A stretch of 24,000 nucleotides of DNA from an uncultured Candidatus Izemoplasmatales bacterium (lineage in GTDB: Bacteria > Bacillota_I > Bacilli_A > MAG-NZ). The position numbers and the translations under genes are program-made. The notes under the pieces were generated by a model, which saw nothing but the letters and a program-made list of their open reading frames with translations, was not told the DNA's origin and did no database searches. Below, one piece after another: positions 8,106 through 16,375 of the stretch (position 1 is its first letter; the number at the start of each line of letters is the position of its first letter). Location: positions 5,749-29,748 of the forward strand of contig CAYTXT010000010.1 in assembly GCA_964442245.1 (NCBI GenBank). The letters run 5' to 3'.

Positions 8106-9104
8106 TTATTTCGTAGATCCGCGTTCTACAATCCCAAACGGAACTTTTACTTCTAACTCATCCAGAGTTCCATCTTCCATTAAGACGGTTAACATCTCCA
8201 TGGCTTGTTTTCCAATTTCAAAGGTCGGTACATCCACGGTCGATAATTGCGGACGGGATAATAATGCCGTACGTGTATTTTGGAATCCATACACTTCAAT
8301 ATCATCTGGAACGTTGTGACCTAATTCAATCGCAACATTTAAACAAGCAACGGCAATCGAGTCACGAACGCCAATAATTGCATCGACCTTATTGTTACGT
8401 AGAAAATCGGTCACCACAGGATAGTTCACATGTGGTTTACCTGAGGTTCGTAAAATAATTGGATTCAGTCCTGCTTCTTTTAACGCACGTAAATATCCCA
8501 TTTCTTTGGCTTGATTCATGGAGTAATAACGACGGGTTTGCGCAAGCATGATCTGTTTACGTCCACGTTTGATTAATTTTTGCGTAATGTCATAAGCTGC
8601 TTTTTCATAATCGATATTGACGGTCGGAATCGGTGTTTGATCATCATCCACCATCACATTCGCCACGACAATTGGCATTGACATGGTTTTCATGTAGCTG
8701 ATGTCTTCTTCTAAGACCAAGTCATTAAGGTAAAGGACCCCATCAACTTGCGATGCAACAACATCGGCCCACACATCTTTACTGCTACGGTCTTCCCCTT
8801 CAGCAGGAAAGACTAAGATCTGATATCCATACGAGTTCGCTAATAAGGCAATCCCATTCACCGCTTCGGCCACTGAGGCGCGTGAGAAATCAGGCACGAC
8901 AATTCCAATAAAAGTGGATTTGCGTGACGCGAGTCCTCGAGCAATCGCATTCGGACGGTACCCCAGTTCATTAATGACCTCCATGACGCGGTCACGTGTT
9001 GATTGCTTGACCTTTTCCGGATAATTAAGGACCCGAGAAACGGTAGCTAGTGACACATTAGCTTTGCCAGCCACTTCATAGATGGTTACTTTTGGTTTTT
9101 TCAT
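8106..9104 (-). CDS. ccpA: LacI-family transcriptional regulator, CcpA-like
   Basis: N-terminal HTH (VTIYEVAGKANVSLATVSRVLN) followed by a periplasmic-binding-protein-like sugar-binding fold. Several segments closely resemble my recollection of B. subtilis CcpA: RPNAIARGLASRKSTFIGIVVPDFS; GFQNTRTALLSRPQLSTVDVPTFEIGKQAMEMLTVLM; C-terminal ...ERGSTK. The start is placed at ATG 9104 (MKKPKVTIYEV). The longer ORF to 9164 would overlap the predicted promoter. Confidence 0.75.
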   Translation of the reverse strand: MKKPKVTIYEVAGKANVSLATVSRVLNYPEKVKQSTRDRVMEVINELGYRPNAIARGLASRKSTFIGIVVPDFSRASVAEAVNGIALLANSYGYQILVFPAEGEDRSSKDVWADVVASQVDGVLYLNDLVLEEDISYMKTMSMPIVVANVMVDDDQTPIPTVNIDYEKAAYDITQKLIKRGRKQIMLAQTRRYYSMNQAKEMGYLRALKEAGLNPIILRTSGKPHVNYPVVTDFLRNNKVDAIIGVRDSIAVACLNVAIELGHNVPDDIEVYGFQNTRTALLSRPQLSTVDVPTFEIGKQAMEMLTVLMEDGTLDELEVKVPFGIVERGSTK

Positions 9105-9118
9105 ACTTTTCACCCAGT

Positions 9119-9132
9119 CGTAAACGTTTACA
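9119..9132 (-). promoter_or_regulatory. cre-like / LacI-family operator overlapping the transcription start of the ccpA-like gene
   Basis: The minus strand reads TGTAAACGTTTACG. The core GTAAACGTTTAC (9120-9131) is a perfect 12-bp palindrome with central CG. It fits the cre consensus TGWNANCGNTNWCA except for one terminal base, and lies 2 nt downstream of the predicted -10. Confidence 0.5.
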
Positions 9133-9134
9133 TC

Positions 9135-9164
9135 ATTATAGCGTATAGCGAAATGAATAGGCAA
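9135..9164 (-). promoter_or_regulatory. Putative sigma-A promoter of the ccpA-like gene
   Basis: The minus strand reads TTGCCT (9159-9164) - 18 nt - TATAAT (9135-9140), about 30 nt upstream of ATG 9104. Confidence 0.5.
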
Positions 9165-9170
9165 AGGAAA

Positions 9171-9186
9171 ATGAAAATATTTTCAT
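9171..9186. repeat. Perfect 16-bp palindrome ATGAAAATATTTTCAT upstream of the -35 of the ccpA-like promoter
   Basis: The sequence is its own reverse complement. The inner 14-mer TGAAAATATTTTCA has cre-like arms (TGAAA/TTTCA) but an AT centre in place of CG. It lies between the topA terminator and the promoter. Confidence 0.6.
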
Positions 9187-9187
9187 G

Positions 9188-9210
9188 AAAAAACACGGCT
9201 AGGCCGCGTT
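9188..9210 (-). terminator. Rho-independent terminator of topA (stem includes the stop codon)
   Basis: The minus RNA reads ACGCGGC-CUA-GCCGUGU, a 7-bp stem with one G-U pair, followed by a U6 run. The TAG stop (9199-9201) spans the 5' arm and the loop. Confidence 0.6.
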
Positions 9211-11232
9211 TGTTTCACAATCCTTATTCGAACAGCGTATTTCATCATCTTTGGTTACCATCAACATGCCACAACTATCACAGTTTTCACCGGTCGGTGG
9301 GTCGTTAACGATATGTTTACATTTGGGAAACTGATTACACGCATAAAAGGTTTTACCTTTATTGCGACCTTTACCCGCAACTCGTTCGACCATTTCGCCC
9401 TTTTTACAAAGTGGGCACGTAATCCCCGTTGAGACGACTTCTTTTTTCGTCTTCTCAATGAACTTACATGTTGGGTAATTACTACACGAAACAAATTTAC
9501 CAAAGCGACCAATTCGCTCCACGAGCTCTTCACCACATTCGGGACAACTTCGTCCAACCGGAACCGGCGCTTTTTTCTCCATCGTTTCATAAGCATGGTC
9601 TAAGGTGGATTTAAATTCTTGATAGAAGGTGTCAAGAACCTTCACCCCTTCTAGGCTACCTTGGGACACATCATCCAGTTGTTGTTCCATGTTGCGAGTG
9701 TAATCAACATTAATAATCGTTGAGAAATATTGATCTAACGACGCCGTGGTTTCCATTCCTTGTTCAGTGGGGATAAAGCGTTTGTCTTCCAACGTGACAT
9801 ACCCACGTTGTTTGATCGTATCCACAATTGAGGCATACGTACTAGGTCGTCCGATCCCTTGTTCTTCTAATGTTTTAATTAACGTTGCTTCCGAATAGCG
9901 AGCCGGTGGTTTGGTGAACTTTTGTTCGGGCTTAATCTCTTCGGGGGTTAAGCGTTGACCTTCTTTGACTGTCGCGAGCGACTTGTCTTTAATACGGTCA
10001 AAACTATACATCGCTAAATACCCATCAAACGATAATTCCTTGCTTTCCATTTGGAACAAGTAATCGTTATTATCAAGTTCGACTTGGCGAACGTTGTATT
10101 CGGCTTCTTTCATCATCGATGAAACCGCACGTTCATAAATTAAGGTATAGAGTTTGAGTTCTTCCGCCGATAAATATTTCTTCAACGAATCTGGTGTTCG
10201 TTCAACCGAGGTCGGACGAATCGATTCATGGGCATCCTGAGCGCCTTTGGCTTTGCCTTGTTGGGCCCCTTTGTAATAGTCTTTGCCAAAGGTTGTTTCA
10301 ATATAAGTTTTGGCTTGATCGATAAACTGTCCACTTAAACGATATGAATCCGTTCGCATATACGTAATGAGACCTACAGTTTCACTACCAATGTTAATTC
10401 CTTCATAGAGCTTTTGCGCCACAATCATGGTTCGCTTAGCCCCAAAAGATAACTTTGCGGACGCTTCTTGTTGCAAGGTTGAGGTCGTAAACGGAAGTTT
10501 CGCTTTTGATTTACTGACTCGTTCTTTAATCGATGTAACGTTATATTCGTTGTCAAGTTTGCCAAGAACATCATCCATCTCTTCTTTGGAATGAATCTCT
10601 AGCTTCTTGTTTTTATATTTGGTTAGTTCAGCAACATCTGGAAAATGAACTTGTAAGGTCCAATACTCAACGGGCTCAAAGGCTTGGATTTCTTTTTCCA
10701 AGTCCACAATTAACTTTAAGGCAACACTTTGAACGCGGCCTGCGGATTTCGATTTGATTTTTGATTGGAGGAGTTTCGATAATCGAAATCCAATGATCCG
10801 GTCTAAGATGCGACGCGTTTCTTGGGATTCAACGAGTTCATAATCAATTTCACGAACATTTTTAAAAGCTTGTAAGACAGCTTCTTTGGTAATTTCATTA
10901 AAGACCACACGATTAACTTCATTGTCGGGTAAGCCTAGGACTTGAGCAATGTGCCAACTAATCGCTTCTCCTTCGCGGTCCGGGTCAGTCGCTAAAAAAA
11001 CGCGGTCGGATTGCTTCGCCGCTTTTTTTAAATCTTTGATGACTGATTCTTTGCCTTTGATGACGATGTAGTTTGGGACAAACCCGTTTTCTACATCCAC
11101 CCCTAAGCCACCTTTCCCGGTGGTCGCTAGATCGCGAATATGGCCAACCGAAGAAACGACCTTGTAGTCGCTGCCTAAGTATTTTTCGATGGTTGAGGCT
11201 TTGGTGGGTGATTCAACAATAACAACGTTCAT
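9199..11232 (-). CDS. topA: DNA topoisomerase I
   Basis: It has a TOPRIM N-terminus (MNVVIVESPTKA...ATDPDREGEAISWH) and the active-site region (YMRTDS). There are three C-terminal Cys4-type zinc ribbons (CPECGEEL...CSNYPTC; CPLCKKGE...CNQFPKC; CDSCGM...CSNKDC). The start is ATG 11232, preceded by GGAGG. The ORF track start at 11286 lies inside the predicted promoter. Confidence 0.93.
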   Translation of the reverse strand: MNVVIVESPTKASTIEKYLGSDYKVVSSVGHIRDLATTGKGGLGVDVENGFVPNYIVIKGKESVIKDLKKAAKQSDRVFLATDPDREGEAISWHIAQVLGLPDNEVNRVVFNEITKEAVLQAFKNVREIDYELVESQETRRILDRIIGFRLSKLLQSKIKSKSAGRVQSVALKLIVDLEKEIQAFEPVEYWTLQVHFPDVAELTKYKNKKLEIHSKEEMDDVLGKLDNEYNVTSIKERVSKSKAKLPFTTSTLQQEASAKLSFGAKRTMIVAQKLYEGINIGSETVGLITYMRTDSYRLSGQFIDQAKTYIETTFGKDYYKGAQQGKAKGAQDAHESIRPTSVERTPDSLKKYLSAEELKLYTLIYERAVSSMMKEAEYNVRQVELDNNDYLFQMESKELSFDGYLAMYSFDRIKDKSLATVKEGQRLTPEEIKPEQKFTKPPARYSEATLIKTLEEQGIGRPSTYASIVDTIKQRGYVTLEDKRFIPTEQGMETTASLDQYFSTIINVDYTRNMEQQLDDVSQGSLEGVKVLDTFYQEFKSTLDHAYETMEKKAPVPVGRSCPECGEELVERIGRFGKFVSCSNYPTCKFIEKTKKEVVSTGITCPLCKKGEMVERVAGKGRNKGKTFYACNQFPKCKHIVNDPPTGENCDSCGMLMVTKDDEIRCSNKDCETNAA

Positions 11233-11256
11233 GTTACCTCCAAAGGTACAGTAACA

Positions 11257-11286
11257 GTTATAACGACTTAGGAATACGAATGTCAA
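11257..11286 (-). promoter_or_regulatory. Putative sigma-A promoter of topA
   Basis: The minus strand reads TTGACA (11281-11286) - 18 nt - TATAAC (11257-11262), immediately after the rnhB terminator and about 25 nt before the topA ATG. Confidence 0.55.
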
Positions 11287-11299
11287 TCAAAACAAGTTG

Positions 11300-11323
11300 A
11301 AAAAAAAAGTAGCCTATGGCTAC
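11300..11323 (-). terminator. Rho-independent terminator of the ftsK-lepB-rbgA-rnhB operon
   Basis: The minus RNA reads GUAGCC-AUA-GGCUAC, a perfect 6-bp stem whose 5' arm contains the rnhB TAG stop, followed by U9. Confidence 0.7.
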
Positions 11324-11925
11324 AAATCAAAAAACAATTGCGAGGCGGCTGCGACTGGCGCAAAACTTTGACGATGAATTCCAGGCAACACACCATGACT
11401 TTGCAAGGCAGCTAAATGACGCTTTGTGCCATAGCCTTTGTTATGAACAAAGTCATAGGCGGGGTATTGTTGATCCAGCTCAACCATATGACGGTCACGG
11501 GTCACTTTCGCAATGATACTCGCTGCAGCAATCGAGATGGATTGCTCATCCCCTTTAATAATTGAGGTCGTATTCGAACGCTTTAGTTCCACTGCATCAA
11601 TTAATGCGTGATCAAACACGGCTCGGTCTAATAAGGCATTCATAGCTTTTTTCGTCGCGTTTAATATATTGATGTGGTCAATTTCTGCCACCTCAATAAA
11701 TTCGGTATCAATATATAAGGCTTTTTCCTTAATTTCATCAAACAAACGCTCACGGGTTTTCGCACTGAGTTGCTTCGAGTCGTTTAAGCCAGCAATTCGT
11801 TGATGGCGGTCTAAAATGACCAAACTAACCACAAGTGGTCCGGCTAATGCCCCGCGTCCGACTTCATCGACGCCGGCAATGCGTTGATCGCCGCGTTGAT
11901 AATATAAATTCTCAAAGCGGTCCAT
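11320..11925 (-). CDS. rnhB: Ribonuclease HII
   Basis: RNase HII motifs are present: IAGVDEVGRGALAGPLVV, DSKQLS, SIAAASIIAKVTRD, NKGYGT. ATG 11925 (MDRFENLYYQRG...) has a GAAAGG SD 9 nt upstream and overlaps the rbgA end by 14 nt. The alternative ATG at 11964 has no SD. Confidence 0.9.
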   Translation of the reverse strand: MDRFENLYYQRGDQRIAGVDEVGRGALAGPLVVSLVILDRHQRIAGLNDSKQLSAKTRERLFDEIKEKALYIDTEFIEVAEIDHINILNATKKAMNALLDRAVFDHALIDAVELKRSNTTSIIKGDEQSISIAAASIIAKVTRDRHMVELDQQYPAYDFVHNKGYGTKRHLAALQSHGVLPGIHRQSFAPVAAASQLFFDL

Positions 11926-12703
11926 CGAAGGAAACCTTTCCAATGCGACCCTTTTGTAAGTCATGAATCAGCGCATGATACACGCGGTCATAATCGATAC
12001 CACCACCTTGTTTCATCCCGCGGTGTTGACCAATATGGTCCAAAATTTCAACCGGGTCTGTGGCATCCGTTAAATAGGTTTGGGCCAACTGCTTCGGATA
12101 ATGTTTGAGCATATACTTCAAAATAAAGATCGCCAATTCATCAACCACAACGTGTGTAATCGGAATCATCCCTAACGCCGCTAAACGTAAGGCTTGATTT
12201 TGGTCTTCAAATTTTTGCCATAGCAATCCTGGCGTATCCAGTAGACGCCATGTTTTGGAAATCGGAATCCATTGTAAGTGACGTGTGACACCTGGACGGT
12301 TTTCGACTTTTGTTTTTGCTTTACCAGATAAACGGTTAATTAACGTTGATTTACCAACATTGGGAATTCCGACAACCAAGGCTTGAATCACTGGTTTGTC
12401 GACCACAGATTTTGTCGCTTGCTGCAAGGTTTTTGTTACCGAATCATGAAGTAAATCCACAACAATAACGGTCTCTTCAAATTGAGCGATATCGCGTTGT
12501 AATTGAACTGGGTCGGCTAAATCTTTTTTGGTCCATATTTGAATAATTGGTTTATTTGATACCCACTCGGCTAGCAAGGGGTTTTTCGAGGAAAACGGAA
12601 TACGGGCATCGCGTAGTTCATAGATCACATCAATATGAGCTGCTTCTTCTTTGATCTCACGAAGCGTTTTCGCCATATGGCCAGGAAAGTACTGAATTAC
12701 CAT
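11912..12703 (-). CDS. rbgA: Ribosome biogenesis GTPase A (YlqF/RbgA)
   Basis: The N-terminus is MVIQYFPGHMAKTLREI. The GTPase motifs are circularly permuted (WTKKDL ... GIPNVGKSTLINRL ... DTPGLLW), collinear with my recollection of B. subtilis YlqF. GGAGG SD is present, and the start overlaps the lepB stop (ATGGTAA). Confidence 0.9.
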   Translation of the reverse strand: MVIQYFPGHMAKTLREIKEEAAHIDVIYELRDARIPFSSKNPLLAEWVSNKPIIQIWTKKDLADPVQLQRDIAQFEETVIVVDLLHDSVTKTLQQATKSVVDKPVIQALVVGIPNVGKSTLINRLSGKAKTKVENRPGVTRHLQWIPISKTWRLLDTPGLLWQKFEDQNQALRLAALGMIPITHVVVDELAIFILKYMLKHYPKQLAQTYLTDATDPVEILDHIGQHRGMKQGGGIDYDRVYHALIHDLQKGRIGKVSFDGPL

Positions 12704-13386
12704 GGCAGTACCTCCGATAAGTTAACAAGCACTCGGCCTTCAACCTGAGTTAGTGGAACCACTCCATAACTACGTGAATCAACACTTTGAGCACGGTTAT
12801 CCCCTAGGACAAAGACGTATCCTTCCGGAATAACACTGCAGTTACCGGCTTGAAAGCATGAAAAACGGTAGCCACTTTGCGACGTAATATAGTCTTCATT
12901 TAAGGCAACCCCGTTGCGATAAATGACCGACCCATCGGTGGTGACTTCATCCCCCGGTAAACCGATAATTCGTTTAATCATATATTCTTCGGTAAAGTGA
13001 GACGTCGTTTGCGGGGTAATATGTAAAATCGCAATATCAGAGTGGGTAACTCGAGCCGGCAAGTAAATTAAAACGCGGTCGCCACTCGCAAACGTTGGGC
13101 TCATACTCACCCCGTTTACTTGGGCAGGATAAATCACGAATCCGAGTAACAAATAGACAAACGCAAAGGTCGATACGAGCTGTGTCGCAAACTCTAATAC
13201 CCCAGGAGAAAAGCGACGAAGACGTTCGTCTTCTTTTAGGATCTCATCAACCATGAGAAAAACAACCCCACCTAGAATCGCAAGAATCAAGAAGGGGTCG
13301 TAACTAGATAATCGAGAATTAATCGCAAAGAGTCTTGTTATTGCTAAGACCACTGCACTAATACTTAAGATGACTAACGATTTCAT
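12697..13386 (-). CDS. lepB: Signal peptidase I
   Basis: The catalytic Ser box GVSMSPTF, the Lys box KRIIGLPGDEV and GDNRAQSVDSR are present. Three N-terminal hydrophobic segments precede them. The ATG overlaps the upstream TGA stop (ATGA at 13383-13386). Confidence 0.88.
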   Translation of the reverse strand: MKSLVILSISAVVLAITRLFAINSRLSSYDPFLILAILGGVVFLMVDEILKEDERLRRFSPGVLEFATQLVSTFAFVYLLLGFVIYPAQVNGVSMSPTFASGDRVLIYLPARVTHSDIAILHITPQTTSHFTEEYMIKRIIGLPGDEVTTDGSVIYRNGVALNEDYITSQSGYRFSCFQAGNCSVIPEGYVFVLGDNRAQSVDSRSYGVVPLTQVEGRVLVNLSEVLPW

Positions 13387-15476
13387 GAACGATACATCTC
13401 CATGAATTGTTCCATCGTAATCAGGACTTTACGGGGTGTTTTGGAGTTTTGCGGGGAGACAATCCCAGCATCCGTTAGTTGTTCAAAGATGTTGGCGGCA
13501 CGGTTATAGCCAATATTGAATTGTTGTTGGATTTTGTTGATCGACGCATAGTCCATTTCAATGACATATTCCGCAACATCTAAAAACAATTCATCTTGTT
13601 CGCCCATATGCTTGGCACGGTCTAATTGGTCACTCATCGCTTCTTGATTCAGTAAATAATGCTGAGGGTACTGCGATAAATAATCGGTAACGGCATCGAT
13701 TTCAGATTCTGAGACATACGCCCCTTGCAGTCGTTTCACTCGCGAACCCGAGTACACAAACAGCATATCGCCATTTCCTAGTAAGCTTTCAGCGCCTTGA
13801 TAATCCAAAATAACCATCGAGTCGGTATAACTCGACACTTTCATTGCGATACGGGTTGGGATATTCGATTTAATCGTCCCTTTAATTACATCGACACTCG
13901 GACGTTGTGTTGCAATTAGTAAGTGAATATTTGCAGCCCTAGCTTTTTGCGCAATACGAGCAACACTCACTTCAACATCGGCCCCCGCTTGGGCCATTAA
14001 GTCCGCCATCTCTTCAATAATGACAACTAAAGTCGGGATATGTTCATATCCTTCATCTTCACGGCCTTTGATTTTATCGTTATAGCTTGCGACATCGCGA
14101 ACGCCAAGTAAGTACATCTTGTCATAGCGGCGTTCCATTTCATCGACCGCCCAGCGTAACACTTCTGCTGCCATTTTGGCATCATGAATAATCGGGGTCG
14201 CTAAATGCGGTACTTTCGCATATGCCGCAAGACCGACGCGTTTAGGGTCAATTAAAATAAGCTTTAATTCATCGGGATGGGATTTAAGCAGCAAGCTCAT
14301 CAGTACCGTATCAATACATACACTTTTACCAGAACCGGTCGCTCCAGCGATCAGTCCATGGGGCATTTTATTAATATCGGCAATAATGGTTTCATTGCCT
14401 AAGTCGACACCTAAAATAACATCGAGCGGTTTCGAGTGTTTCACAAAGTGATCGTCAATCAGATTCCCAAAGTTTACAATTTCACGAACGGGATTTGGGA
14501 CTTCAATCCCAACGGTTTGTTTTCCAGGAATCGGCGCTTCGATCCGAATATCCACAGCGGCCAGGTTCATCTTTAAGTTCGACGCAATCGAGCTAATGCG
14601 GTTCACCATAACCCCTTGGTCTAAGCGAATCTCAAAAAGCGTGACCGTAGGCCCATGAGTATAATCGATGACTTTTCCACCAATTTTGAAATTGGCTAAC
14701 GTCATATCGATGATTTCTCGTTGTTGTTCAATATCTTCTTCAGACGCGGTTTGAATGCGTTCTTTTTGTTGTAACAAGCTTAACGAAGGATGCTGATAGG
14801 TCATCTTCGCTCGTGGTTTTACCGGATCATCAAAATCAAAAGCTTCTTGTTGTTTGGGTTCTGGCGTTGGTTTTGTTGCAGCAGGTGCGGGGGATGGAAT
14901 CTCCTCAACCTCGACTTCTTCGTCTTCATCCACGTCATCGTCAAGCATCCAGTCATCGTCATCAAACGATTCAGATTGCGTTACGGGCGTTGACGGTGCT
15001 GGTTTCTGAGGTTCTGGTTCAGGCGCATCTTGAGGATCTAGTTCAAGCGGTTCATAATCCCCTAGAACTTCATTTAAGTCGGCATCACTAAGCGGTTCAA
15101 TTTCATCCTCTAAGCCAAATGGAATCGATAATTCATCCGAGACCTTTTCAATCGGTGCAGCTGGCTTGGGTTCGAGTTTGGTATACCCTTCGCCTTGGCT
15201 TGATGAAGGTTTCTTCTCTTGATAAATATCGTCAGGACTTACGATATTAAACTCTCGTTTATATCGTTCTTTTTTATCTTCTTCAAATTTCTTTTCTTTA
15301 CGAAAATCGTCATATCGCTTATTGACTCCTTTTTGGAGTTCATTTTGCGGAATGACGATGTCATCTTTGTTTTTGGTGCCAAAAAAAGGCGAGACAAATG
15401 TATGGTCTTTTTTATCGGGTTCAGTGATTTTCGGAATGGTAAAGGTTTTCTTCTTATTCAAGGGCTCATTCCTCAT
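13383..15476 (-). CDS. ftsK: FtsK/SpoIIIE-family DNA translocase lacking N-terminal transmembrane domain (SftA-like)
   Basis: The C-terminal roughly 470 aa form a typical FtsK motor: YQHPSLSLL entry motif, Walker A GATGSGKS, Walker B LVVIIEEMADL, and a gamma-like winged-helix tail (ASINKIQQQFNIGYNRAANIFEQL). The first roughly 225 aa are hydrophilic, acidic and Pro-rich with no hydrophobic helix. The start is uncertain: ATG 15476, or in-frame TTG 15461, which has an AGGA 8 nt upstream. Confidence 0.88.
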   Translation of the reverse strand: MRNEPLNKKKTFTIPKITEPDKKDHTFVSPFFGTKNKDDIVIPQNELQKGVNKRYDDFRKEKKFEEDKKERYKREFNIVSPDDIYQEKKPSSSQGEGYTKLEPKPAAPIEKVSDELSIPFGLEDEIEPLSDADLNEVLGDYEPLELDPQDAPEPEPQKPAPSTPVTQSESFDDDDWMLDDDVDEDEEVEVEEIPSPAPAATKPTPEPKQQEAFDFDDPVKPRAKMTYQHPSLSLLQQKERIQTASEEDIEQQREIIDMTLANFKIGGKVIDYTHGPTVTLFEIRLDQGVMVNRISSIASNLKMNLAAVDIRIEAPIPGKQTVGIEVPNPVREIVNFGNLIDDHFVKHSKPLDVILGVDLGNETIIADINKMPHGLIAGATGSGKSVCIDTVLMSLLLKSHPDELKLILIDPKRVGLAAYAKVPHLATPIIHDAKMAAEVLRWAVDEMERRYDKMYLLGVRDVASYNDKIKGREDEGYEHIPTLVVIIEEMADLMAQAGADVEVSVARIAQKARAANIHLLIATQRPSVDVIKGTIKSNIPTRIAMKVSSYTDSMVILDYQGAESLLGNGDMLFVYSGSRVKRLQGAYVSESEIDAVTDYLSQYPQHYLLNQEAMSDQLDRAKHMGEQDELFLDVAEYVIEMDYASINKIQQQFNIGYNRAANIFEQLTDAGIVSPQNSKTPRKVLITMEQFMEMYRS

Positions 15477-15568
15477 TCATTTACACGTCTAAATTACTAT
15501 AGTAAGTATACTATAATAATCGGAAACGACAACCAAACGGATATGATAAACTAACCATTGGAGGCGTC

Positions 15569-16375
15569 ATGAAATACTTAATTGGACTTGATATCGATGG
15601 CACTATCGTCGACCATGATGGAAAACTAGACCCAGAAACGGTTCGACACATAAAGAAGTGGTCAAACGACGGTCATACCATCGTTTTGGTCACAGGGCGA
15701 CCCTTTCGTAATACCAAACATATTTATGATGAACTCGAATTAACAACACCCATTGTCAATCACTCTGGGGCTCAAGTTCATCATCCAAACGATCCCACCT
15801 TCCCGGTGATTGACCATTCGATTCCTGCCGACTTTTTACATCAAATTATTGAACATGCAGGCGATGGCATTTTGAATGGCTATGCGGAAGTCAAAGACAC
15901 GGTGTATTTATACCGTCAGGAAAATAAACTCTTAGAGTGGATCCAAACCACCTCTGATCAAGAAGTGATTATTGGAACCTTAAATGTTGGGGATGCGTTT
16001 ACGGGGGCGGTATTATTTGTAGACCCTGATGCAACGACAAAGGTTCAAGAATTTGTTCGTCAATTAGGCACTGTTAAATCCCGTCACTGGCGAACGCTGC
16101 GTCGACAAGAATACGATGTATTGGAAATTTTCCATCAAGACATCTCTAAAGCGACCGCACTCGAACACGTTCGGGCACATTACGGTATTGATAAATCCTT
16201 CACCATTGCGATTGGCGATGGGACTAATGATATTGAAATGCTCCAATATGCCGCCTATTCAGCCGCGATGGATGGGGCTTTCCCCGAAGTTATCGAAGCC
16301 GCGAAAGATACAACCGAATCTAACGTGAACCTAGGGGCGATTAAATACATAAAAAAAGTGTTGGGCGAAGCCTAA
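15569..16375 (+). CDS. Cof-type HAD-IIB family hydrolase (sugar-phosphatase-like)
   Basis: HAD motif I is LDIDGTIV, motif II VTGRP, and motifs III/IV K...GDGTNDIEM. A cap domain lies between them. GGAGG is 5 nt upstream of the ATG. This is the only plus-strand gene in the window. Confidence 0.85.
   Translation: MKYLIGLDIDGTIVDHDGKLDPETVRHIKKWSNDGHTIVLVTGRPFRNTKHIYDELELTTPIVNHSGAQVHHPNDPTFPVIDHSIPADFLHQIIEHAGDGILNGYAEVKDTVYLYRQENKLLEWIQTTSDQEVIIGTLNVGDAFTGAVLFVDPDATTKVQEFVRQLGTVKSRHWRTLRRQEYDVLEIFHQDISKATALEHVRAHYGIDKSFTIAIGDGTNDIEMLQYAAYSAAMDGAFPEVIEAAKDTTESNVNLGAIKYIKKVLGEA

Noticed and set aside
9261-9596. 111-aa same-strand ORF inside the topA zinc-ribbon region
   Set aside because: It is out of frame with a well-supported topA C-terminus. 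Its Arg/Lys-rich translation is the frame-shifted shadow of the Cys/Gly/Lys-rich zinc ribbons, and there is no independent start signal.
14790-15554. Plus-strand ORFs (14790-14993, 14813-15091, 15219-15554) antisense to the ftsK-like N-terminus
   Set aside because: They are the antisense of a compositionally biased (acidic/Pro/Lys-rich) coding region, which naturally lacks stops on the opposite strand. The products are low-complexity and no promoter or SD is evident.
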